From an uncultured Bacteriovoracaceae bacterium (GTDB taxonomy: Bacteria > Bdellovibrionota > Bacteriovoracia > Bacteriovoracales > Bacteriovoracaceae), in the NCBI GenBank assembly GCA_964012805.1, contig CAXGUD010000069.1, positions 1-14,757 on the forward strand: 14,757 nucleotides of DNA. Reading direction: 5' to 3'. How positions within the stretch are numbered: the stretch's first letter is position 1; each line of letters opens with the position of its first letter. Made by a program: the position numbers and the translations under genes. Below the pieces are notes generated by a model. The model did not search any database and had not been told where the DNA came from. It worked only from the letters and a program-made list of their open reading frames with translations. This document shows positions 7,059 to 14,757 of this stretch, one piece after another.

Positions 7059-9032
7059 ATGACTATAAAATTATTCCAATCAAATTTTGGATGGCTTACC
7101 TTTCTTTTAATAATAATCGATAGCTTTCTTTCATCGTCACTTAAAGCAAGTGAAAATATCCCCTTATCAACTCGAATTTTTCAAGCAACAAAGTCATATA
7201 AGAGTTATTCTGACACTATCTTTGTTGATGGACTGGGAAGAGAAGTCTACTTTAGAGGTTGGAATATTTCAGGAGCCGTTAAGTTAAAATCAATGGGTTT
7301 TAAACCTTTTAAAACGCAAAAAGATGCTGCCTGGGCCCTTCAAGACCTAAAAAGAAAAACAGGTTCAAATATTATCCGGTACACTCTAAGCTGGGAAGGA
7401 GTTCATCCACAGGTTGATACTATCGATATCGGATATCTTGAAGAAATCACTTTCCATATAAAAGAGGCCATCAAAAATAAAATTTACGTCCTTCTTGACT
7501 ACCATCAAGATCTTTACTCAAGACACCTCTTCCACAAAAACTCCAAATTTACTGGTAATGGGGCCCCCGCATGGGTTACACCTAAAGAAAACTACCCAAA
7601 TGGAACATGCTTTCTTTGTGTTCACTGGGGAATGAATAAAATTTTTAATAAATCGGTCAGGTTGGCCTTTAGGAATTTTTGGGATAATGCCCCTATTGAA
7701 ACTCAAAAAGGGGTTCGTCATGTGCAAGATGAATTTTTCTGGCAAATGAAAGAAGTTATTGCTCATTTAAAAAGAAACCTCAATGAAAAAGAACAAAATT
7801 TTATCATTGGCATCAACCCAATGAATGAACCCATCGACGGAGGCTTTGGTAAACTTTCAAGTCAAAAATGGTATTCTCAAAAGATGAGACCCTTTAACAA
7901 ACGTGTCCGCGACCTGCTTGATGAAATGGGTTGGGAACAATCCTTTGTTTTTGCAGAGCCACTCGTCTTTTGGATAACTAACGCTCCTACGATACCTGCT
8001 AACCCTCCCTTTAATAAGCAGGATCCACCACTAAAAGGTTTTGTTTTTAACTCCCACTACTATGATGCTCAAAGAATGAGCTTCTCACATAAAACTGTTA
8101 AAAATGGAAGTTATTTGGCCAATACAGATCATATCAAAAGTACCGCGGCAAAACTCAAGCGCCCTCCTTTTCTCAGTGAGTTTGGTATGTTCATAAAAAA
8201 AGGAAGAGTACAAAACCAAGTTCGCATGATTGAAGCTACTTACCAGGGCATGGAAATATCCAAAGAGCAGTCCTCTTCCTTTGCCTCTTTTTACTCACCT
8301 GTCATTTCAGGAACTCAGTGGCATTGGGATATCTATCATAATCAGCATAGAGAATTACAAAATGAAAACCCCAATAGGGTCATCACAGAAGGGGATGCTT
8401 GGAACAATGAAAATTTTTCCATTGTTACAGATGGAGGATTTAAATATACAACCCCAGATCAATTTAGTGTTGAAAGGGCCTGGCCTCGAAGGTGTCAAGG
8501 AAGAATCATGCACTTTTACTATAAGGGAAGACCTGATGATGGAAGAAATGGTCGCATTAACTGGATTGCAATGAAGTTTTCTCCACAAGGTCCTTTGTAC
8601 CTAAAAGACCACGATTTTTTCTTCATGGTCTGGCAAGGAAACAAGGCCCTCGGTCCGACTGAAATTTATTTACCACCTCACTTTAGGAAAAGGTCTCTGA
8701 CAGTCATGACAGAGCAAATAATCAAAAAAGGTTTAGGGAGGCAATCTAAACCAAAGCAGCACGTTTTTTCACTCCCCGATATTCTTCCCGTTTCTCCTAA
8801 AACAGGAGAAAGAGTTTTTATTTGGAACCAAGACAAAATAAAGGGTCAACTTCATTTCTTTTTGGCCATTAAGGAAAATAAAGAGCATCCACTAGATAAA
8901 AAAAGTTTAAAAATTCTTCAGCAAAGTATCAAAAAGACCATAAAGAAACACCAGAGCCCTCTTTTCTTCAGAGGTAAAGTTAAGATTGATAAAGTTCATG
9001 TGGGAAGAAAATCGATTCGATTTAAATATTAA
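7059..9032 (+). CDS. Glycoside hydrolase family 5, endoglycoceramidase/glycosylceramidase-like, probably secreted
   Basis: 657 aa. FVDGLGREVYFRGWN, LLDYHQDLYS, GNGAPAW, MNEP (acid/base Glu), FNSHYY, FLSEFG (nucleophile Glu), GTQWHW and RAWPR leading into a C-terminal beta domain. The N-terminus is hydrophobic and ends in LKA/SE. Confidence 0.85.
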   Translation: MTIKLFQSNFGWLTFLLIIIDSFLSSSLKASENIPLSTRIFQATKSYKSYSDTIFVDGLGREVYFRGWNISGAVKLKSMGFKPFKTQKDAAWALQDLKRKTGSNIIRYTLSWEGVHPQVDTIDIGYLEEITFHIKEAIKNKIYVLLDYHQDLYSRHLFHKNSKFTGNGAPAWVTPKENYPNGTCFLCVHWGMNKIFNKSVRLAFRNFWDNAPIETQKGVRHVQDEFFWQMKEVIAHLKRNLNEKEQNFIIGINPMNEPIDGGFGKLSSQKWYSQKMRPFNKRVRDLLDEMGWEQSFVFAEPLVFWITNAPTIPANPPFNKQDPPLKGFVFNSHYYDAQRMSFSHKTVKNGSYLANTDHIKSTAAKLKRPPFLSEFGMFIKKGRVQNQVRMIEATYQGMEISKEQSSSFASFYSPVISGTQWHWDIYHNQHRELQNENPNRVITEGDAWNNENFSIVTDGGFKYTTPDQFSVERAWPRRCQGRIMHFYYKGRPDDGRNGRINWIAMKFSPQGPLYLKDHDFFFMVWQGNKALGPTEIYLPPHFRKRSLTVMTEQIIKKGLGRQSKPKQHVFSLPDILPVSPKTGERVFIWNQDKIKGQLHFFLAIKENKEHPLDKKSLKILQQSIKKTIKKHQSPLFFRGKVKIDKVHVGRKSIRFKY

Positions 9033-9187
9033 TTATCTTTACTTTTTTTAGCTACTTAGCACTCCTCATTTAGCCTTTTATCTGTCGACCAAAAAGGTGG
9101 GCGTCTTATCTACTAAATAAAATCTGTAGACCCTCAAGTATTTAATAGTTTAACCGTTCAAATAAAAAACAAAGATACAATAAATAT

Positions 9188-12100
9188 ATGAAAAAAGGAA
9201 ATTGGAACATAGTTAACAATTTGATAACTTTGAGGAATTTTTTATCCTCTGCTGCATTCCTTTTTCTTCTTCTCGGACTTTCTTCTTGCGGGCAAAAAGT
9301 CAAAGATCTTAAAAAAGCCTCACTTTCTTTTAACTTAGGAACTACTAATCAATTCCTAAAAGGTGGGGTGTACCTCTACGGTGAAGATGTTTTAGGTAAT
9401 CGTTTTTTTTCCAGAGGTATTGATGGAGGAACGACGGAATTTGAAATTGACCTTCCAGGGGGACGTTGGCGTTTTTTTGCCATAGGGTGGGAAGGTGACA
9501 ACACCATGGAGGGAATAAACCGTTGTGCCTCGGCTGGATTTGATGAGCCTATTTTTATTAATAAAGATAGAGCAGTGCCTATTACACTTAATTTTAGTAA
9601 AATGAATTGTCTTGAGAATAATACCTTTACAGCAAATCAGTATGCTTCCAGCCAAGGCCAGTTTCATAAACTTAAGTTAGTTTCTTGCATGACTTTGAAC
9701 GGAGTTTCAAGTCATACATCCAATTGTGACTATCCCCTAACAAGAATAGGTGTTGGACAATCCTACCGAGTTAGCCTAAGTGGAAAAAATATACCACCTA
9801 TGGCCTTTCAACCTGGCTTAACTTCAGAATGCATATCAAATAATGATATTACTTCTTCCCAATACCTTTCTAATTTACAACTTCCCTTTGGCGGTCTCGT
9901 CAATTTTCCACTAAAAATTACTTCTTATAGTAGCGCCAATTGTCAAGAAACAAATGAACCTGACAAGAAGCGTGAATATGAAATAATTATTGAAAACCCA
10001 CCCGTCAACGTGAAAAACTCAAGCAACCCCCTTTTAGTGTCATCAAATATTGAGCTCGAGAAGAAAAGACTTATCAAAGTAGGAGATGTTAATGGAACAA
10101 CCCGATCACACCTCTTTGTTCCAGACAATATCTTTGGTCTATCAAAAACAGTGCTTAACTCCCAAGCCCCTGAGCTCAATTGCCAATTAGGAGGAAGCCT
10201 TAGGCATTGCCTTACAAATGCCAGTAACTACAACACTGCAAGTGACGTTTATAAAGATGTTAAAAGAGTTCTTCAAAATGTTATTGGAACTCCTGATGGT
10301 CTCGAACCAGATAATAATGATAATGCCTCATCTAGAAAAACAGGACATCTTGGTGAAGCATCCTGGATTCTCTTAGGTCCTATTGGGAGCTCTCTTAGAA
10401 ATTATATAGGCGATACATGTTCGAGCCTTCCCATTTCTGGAATTAACCTTCCAAGTGAAGGAAACCTCTATACTCAAGGGTTTGATCTAAAAATGAGGGT
10501 TTATACTCCTCAAATTGAAATTCCCACCAGAATATCATCAACAACCAGTCTGGATTATAGGGTTGACCTTTATATCGACAACGACCTTGAATACGCCTTT
10601 GGCTTTCGTTGCGACAATCAAACAGGTTGGATGAGGAATAAAAGTGACGGAGGTAATGATAGCCGCTCTATAGAAATCTTTTACAATACGGCAGATCTTA
10701 ACAGTAGTAGTTTCGATTTCTACGGACTCGAGCTTTATAATTATGAAGGAAACAACTACCGCTCTAAAACTGCCCTCCAATTTAAGAAAACAACAGCTGA
10801 TTCTTACTTAGGCCATATAACCAAGACAACCTTTAATTTGAGTACAGGGAATTACACTCATGTTGCTCGATATACGGTAAAAAGTGACATTTCAGATAAT
10901 CGCATGAGGATTTATCATTTTCAGGATGAGGACAATTATCCTGATGAGGATAATTCCTTTCTTACCTGTAGCTCTGACAATTGTACAAGTTATTGCTTTA
11001 CACAAGCAGGAGATGCAGCATCTTCGGGTTGTCCTACAATTTCAGGCAGCGGTGATGAAGTTAAAACACCCGCCCTCGAAACAATAGAAGACTTATCAAC
11101 AGAGTCCATCGATGCAGGTCTTGGAGATGGTAAGGAATGGAATGATTTAACTCCACTCACCGGGGATAGCTCTTATAACAAAGCACCTAAGTTAAACTTG
11201 ACCTCAAAGAGCATGTTTGTTGGAACTTCTTACGGTGATGATAATCCCGCTTTTGATATCAATGACGCAAATACTGGGAATGACTTTGACCAGGGTAATA
11301 ACGATGTTACTTATCAGTGTGAGTACAAAGATACATATTCAAAAACAAATAATTTAGCTTCTGGTCTATCGGCCTTTAGTAGCTCAACCACTCAAACCAA
11401 TGATTCCTTAAGCCTTTCCAAAGTTTACTCTGTTTTTTATGCACACAAAGCTTCCGCGATAGGATCTTCTACGGCTTATGTAAGACTTTATGATGATGAC
11501 AATTCTTCCAATCACACAAATCAACTAAGTACAAGTCTTTCTAATTATCAAACCGTTGGTCGCATAAGTATTTTGAGCTCTCTTAGCACAGTTGAAAAAT
11601 TTGTCCTCACTTCATCAAATAGCACTTCTATTGATCCAAAGGCCCTTTATTTTTATTATAAAAATACGTCCACTAACTTTAGTGACTGCTCCAATATCCC
11701 AGGTATGACTTTTGATTCAAACAATGGTCGATTCACTGGAACTCCAACAGAGCAAAACCTCTATAAGGTTTACATTACGGCAAATAATGGAACATCGAAA
11801 AGAAGATCTTCCTTTTCTCTCTCATCCTTTAAAAACCCCACATCCTTTTCTTTCCAAGACGCTGGTCCTACTATCAGGGCCAGTGGAAACCTGATTGGAG
11901 ATAAAATAACTTTGTATAGCAATAGCTCTTGCTCAAGTTCACTTGGTAGTAATGCGACTCCTAATAGCACGGATGGTTATGTCGACATTGAAATAAGTAC
12001 TCCCTCAAGTAACACGACTCTTTACTATAAAAAGACAACTCCAGAAGGAATGGAAGGAAGTTGCTTAACAACCGGTCTTAACTTTGTAAGCGTTACAGCG

Positions 12101-14757
12101 CCATCTCTTTATAGGGACTCATCTCTAAATGAGTACGATAACAATACCACTGTCAAAATTGATACCGTTATTTTTTACCCCAATGGCAGTGGCTCTCTTT
12201 CAAATGTAAAAATTTATAAAGACAGTAACTGTTCAGATAACAACCTCGTTGCCTCTCTAGACAATCCCACTTCAACGGCTCATGAGTTTTCAATTGACTT
12301 ATCATCATATGGAGATGGCCAATATAATTTTTATGGAAAATCAACATCAACTCAGGGGATTTCTTCAGCGTGTTCATCATCAGGAGTCAGCTATAATCTT
12401 GATACCGTTCCGCCATCAAGTCCACAAACTAGTAATAATGGCCAAGAAGGCTATTTAGAACTTCCAAGCTATTATTCAGTACCTGACAATTTAACCACTC
12501 CCTACGTAAGAGTTTATAACCTAGACTACAAGGATAAGATTAAACTTTACAGTGACTCATCTTGCTCAACAGAAGTGAGTTTGAGTAGTGCTAACGACAC
12601 CTACTTTGGTGGCACCTACCTTATTACTACTGCTAATTTCCCAACCAATGGTCAAACAGTTCATAATCAACCTATTAGTTTCCCTATCTACGCAAAACGC
12701 TGGGATAGGCATGGCAATAGCTCGTCTTGCTCATCTAACTTTCTCACTTATCAATTGGATACAATGGCACCACCAGAGCCAACGGATTCCCAAGTCACTC
12801 TGAGTAATCCATCGTCAAGCCCTGGTACCGACTCCACCCCAACCTTAAGAGTCGATGGGTTGACTGCAGGGGATACAGTTTATGTCTACAATGATGCAAG
12901 TTGTGGAAGTTATATTGGTACAGCACAGGTTCCGAGTGGAGAAACTCATGCTCTTGTTACCACCACGACACTTCTTAGAGGCTCCCATAACTTAAAAGTG
13001 AAAGTTAAAGATATTGCTGGAAACATGTCCGACTGCCCATCGTCTGCCCAGGAAACTTATTTTTACAAATTAAGTGACAGCTTGGATTACTCTTATCACA
13101 ATATAGGGATTAGCCTAGTTTACCCAAGCCACACGCCTTACAATGTCGACACTCCTAAAATACAAGTAACAAAACTTGTTGCAGGGGATACAGTCAATAT
13201 CTATACAGACTCTAACTGTACTACATCCACCGGTTCTCCCTATACAGTAGGCTCCAGCGTAAGTGGTCTCCATACCTCCAATCAGATTCCAGTAACTGCC
13301 ATCTCAACTGAAGGAAACCATACTTTCTATGTTAAAGTGACAGACTCTCAGGGCCATACTTCTTCTGGATCGGGAGTTTGTTATGACTCACAAACTATAC
13401 CTTATGAATATGATACGACAGATCCTAATTTGACAAATATTAGCTTTACACGCACTAATCCAACTAACGAAGAAGGCCCAAGATTTTATCCATGGTTTAA
13501 AATTTCTGGAGTTCCTGAAATGAGCGAAGTCTCATTATGGACGAGTAATGATTGTCAGAGTGGTAGGATGAGCAATTTTATTAATGTTGGTGGCAACGAT
13601 CATACGGCCACAACTGATGTCGATATTTCAACCTATAAACTCAATACACAAAGAGAATGGACATTCTGGGTTAAGGTTAAAGAACGTGCTCAAAATACAA
13701 GCTGCAGCTCAATTTCTATCCCTTATTACAGAACGCCTGACTATTATGGACATTGGCACCCAAGCCATGTGCGGTTAAGCTCTTCTAACTCTGGTGGCAT
13801 GTCAAATAATAGAACTCCGCAGTTTAAAATTGATAACTGGAATTACGGAAGGTTCATCCAAGGTGATACGGCTTATGTTTATTCAGATAGCAATTGTAGT
13901 AATTTATTGGCAGAAACTACTACATTGACCGAATCCTATAGGGCCGTGCTAAATATTCCGTCAATATCAACAGACGGGCAACATGAGTTCTATTTTAGGG
14001 TTAAAGACAGTAGAGGAAACTTGTCAAATTGCCCAAGTAGCCCTCAAGAAACATACAGACTCGATACAGTGGCCCCTGCCGAACCAACCTCAGATGATGT
14101 TACCTTTGTTGGCTTCTCATCAAGCCCTAATATCTACCATCAACCAACAATAAGAATTGGTGGACTTTCAGGTTATAATTCAAATTCAGACTATTATTAT
14201 GCTCGTGTTTATAAAGACAATCAATGTACTCAATCAGTATCTGGTTCCTATGGGGGATCCTCTGGAGCCTCTCATATAGATATCTCCCTTTACGCTCTCA
14301 ATGAAGGAACAACGGACTTCTATATCAGGGTTTATGATAGATCTGGCAATTGGAGCAATTGCCCAAGCTCTCCTCAAATTTCCTATGAATATATAAAAGA
14401 CCCTGAGAACAGTGACATCTCATTCATTGATCCAAGTTCCTCTCCTAGTACCGATACAACTCCAACGGTCCGAATCGGTGGATTAGGAACAAGTGAAGTT
14501 ATTAAGGTCTACAACGCTTCTGGCTGCTCTTCTTCAAACCTTGTGGGAACCTCAAGCTCTTCGACAAGCTCCGGACAGGTGGACATTACTCTCAGTGCAC
14601 TAAATCAGGGAGTCAACTCCCTTTACTTTACAAAAACAAAGGGAAGTGCAACAACAGCTTGTCCATCTTCAGCTCAAGCAAGTTATACAGTTATTCCACC
14701 AACTCCAACAGGAGTAAGTCTTAGTTCGCCCACAAGCTCTCCAGGTCTTGATAAGAA
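9188..14757 (+). CDS. Giant lipoprotein with putative-Ig/cadherin-like domain and tandem Cys-paired Ig-like repeats (probable surface adhesin); 3'-truncated
   Basis: Manual translation of frame +2 from ATG 9188 finds no stop before the window end (1856 full codons). Signal ...AAFLFLLLGLSS/C with lipobox Cys at 9287-9289. Ser/Thr/Asn-rich composition. IPGMTFDSNNGRFTGTP putative-Ig motif near 11696-11748. Repeated Y-x-D-x-x-C ... D-x-x-GN-x-S-x-C ... Y-x-LDT-x-x-P units. TTG 9221 or 9230 are alternative starts. Confidence 0.9.
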   Translation, partial: MKKGNWNIVNNLITLRNFLSSAAFLFLLLGLSSCGQKVKDLKKASLSFNLGTTNQFLKGGVYLYGEDVLGNRFFSRGIDGGTTEFEIDLPGGRWRFFAIGWEGDNTMEGINRCASAGFDEPIFINKDRAVPITLNFSKMNCLENNTFTANQYASSQGQFHKLKLVSCMTLNGVSSHTSNCDYPLTRIGVGQSYRVSLSGKNIPPMAFQPGLTSECISNNDITSSQYLSNLQLPFGGLVNFPLKITSYSSANCQETNEPDKKREYEIIIENPPVNVKNSSNPLLVSSNIELEKKRLIKVGDVNGTTRSHLFVPDNIFGLSKTVLNSQAPELNCQLGGSLRHCLTNASNYNTASDVYKDVKRVLQNVIGTPDGLEPDNNDNASSRKTGHLGEASWILLGPIGSSLRNYIGDTCSSLPISGINLPSEGNLYTQGFDLKMRVYTPQIEIPTRISSTTSLDYRVDLYIDNDLEYAFGFRCDNQTGWMRNKSDGGNDSRSIEIFYNTADLNSSSFDFYGLELYNYEGNNYRSKTALQFKKTTADSYLGHITKTTFNLSTGNYTHVARYTVKSDISDNRMRIYHFQDEDNYPDEDNSFLTCSSDNCTSYCFTQAGDAASSGCPTISGSGDEVKTPALETIEDLSTESIDAGLGDGKEWNDLTPLTGDSSYNKAPKLNLTSKSMFVGTSYGDDNPAFDINDANTGNDFDQGNNDVTYQCEYKDTYSKTNNLASGLSAFSSSTTQTNDSLSLSKVYSVFYAHKASAIGSSTAYVRLYDDDNSSNHTNQLSTSLSNYQTVGRISILSSLSTVEKFVLTSSNSTSIDPKALYFYYKNTSTNFSDCSNIPGMTFDSNNGRFTGTPTEQNLYKVYITANNGTSKRRSSFSLSSFKNPTSFSFQDAGPTIRASGNLIGDKITLYSNSSCSSSLGSNATPNSTDGYVDIEISTPSSNTTLYYKKTTPEGMEGSCLTTGLNFVSVTAPSLYRDSSLNEYDNNTTVKIDTVIFYPNGSGSLSNVKIYKDSNCSDNNLVASLDNPTSTAHEFSIDLSSYGDGQYNFYGKSTSTQGISSACSSSGVSYNLDTVPPSSPQTSNNGQEGYLELPSYYSVPDNLTTPYVRVYNLDYKDKIKLYSDSSCSTEVSLSSANDTYFGGTYLITTANFPTNGQTVHNQPISFPIYAKRWDRHGNSSSCSSNFLTYQLDTMAPPEPTDSQVTLSNPSSSPGTDSTPTLRVDGLTAGDTVYVYNDASCGSYIGTAQVPSGETHALVTTTTLLRGSHNLKVKVKDIAGNMSDCPSSAQETYFYKLSDSLDYSYHNIGISLVYPSHTPYNVDTPKIQVTKLVAGDTVNIYTDSNCTTSTGSPYTVGSSVSGLHTSNQIPVTAISTEGNHTFYVKVTDSQGHTSSGSGVCYDSQTIPYEYDTTDPNLTNISFTRTNPTNEEGPRFYPWFKISGVPEMSEVSLWTSNDCQSGRMSNFINVGGNDHTATTDVDISTYKLNTQREWTFWVKVKERAQNTSCSSISIPYYRTPDYYGHWHPSHVRLSSSNSGGMSNNRTPQFKIDNWNYGRFIQGDTAYVYSDSNCSNLLAETTTLTESYRAVLNIPSISTDGQHEFYFRVKDSRGNLSNCPSSPQETYRLDTVAPAEPTSDDVTFVGFSSSPNIYHQPTIRIGGLSGYNSNSDYYYARVYKDNQCTQSVSGSYGGSSGASHIDISLYALNEGTTDFYIRVYDRSGNWSNCPSSPQISYEYIKDPENSDISFIDPSSSPSTDTTPTVRIGGLGTSEVIKVYNASGCSSSNLVGTSSSSTSSGQVDITLSALNQGVNSLYFTKTKGSATTACPSSAQASYTVIPPTPTGVSLSSPTSSPGLDK
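11830..14757 (+). repeat. Array of nine complete plus one partial divergent Ig-like protein repeats within the giant ORF
   Basis: First-Cys codons at 11930, 12230, 12563, 12902, 13217, 13553, 13895, 14225 and 14525 (spacing 100-114 codons). Second-Cys codons at 12062, 12371, 12728, 13034, 13379, 13703, 14030, 14360 and 14660. Confidence 0.85.

Noticed and set aside
5405..8588. Short ORFs inside lpxD and the GH5 gene (5405-5629, 5454-5657, 7518-7766, 8230-8574, 8355-8588)
   Set aside because: They are alternative-frame or antisense shadows of well-supported genes.
9392..13778. The eight short ORFs listed across 9.4-13.8 kb, and reading this region as non-coding or pseudogenised
   Set aside because: All lie within the continuous frame +2 ORF from 9188, which explains the region.
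11830..14757. CRISPR array, DGR template/variable repeat or shufflon behind the repeats
   Set aside because: The repeats are visible at protein level only. I found no long near-identical DNA copies, no adenine-specific mismatch pairs, and no reverse transcriptase, recombinase or cas gene in the window.

Overview
AT-rich bacterial chromosomal window with no mobile element, CRISPR array or RNA gene that I can support. In order it holds: the 3' part of a FadA-type 3-ketoacyl-CoA thiolase; a short/branched-chain acyl-CoA dehydrogenase; a degenerate ankyrin-repeat remnant; a GalT-superfamily nucleotidyltransferase (minus strand); a small secreted hypothetical protein; a stand-alone, divergent lpxD; an MFS transporter (minus strand); and a probably secreted GH5 endoglycoceramidase-like hydrolase. 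The supplied ORF track misses the largest feature, an uninterrupted + strand ORF from 9188 to beyond the window end (at least 1856 codons). It encodes a lipoprotein with Cys-rich N-terminal domains I cannot assign, one cadherin/putative-Ig-like domain apparently split by an inserted module, and at least nine divergent 100-114 aa two-cysteine Ig-like repeats, so it is probably a giant surface adhesin. The style of this protein suggests a Bdellovibrionota (Bacteriovoracales-like) host, which is an inference only. All translations and alignments were done by eye, and comparisons with reference proteins are from memory.
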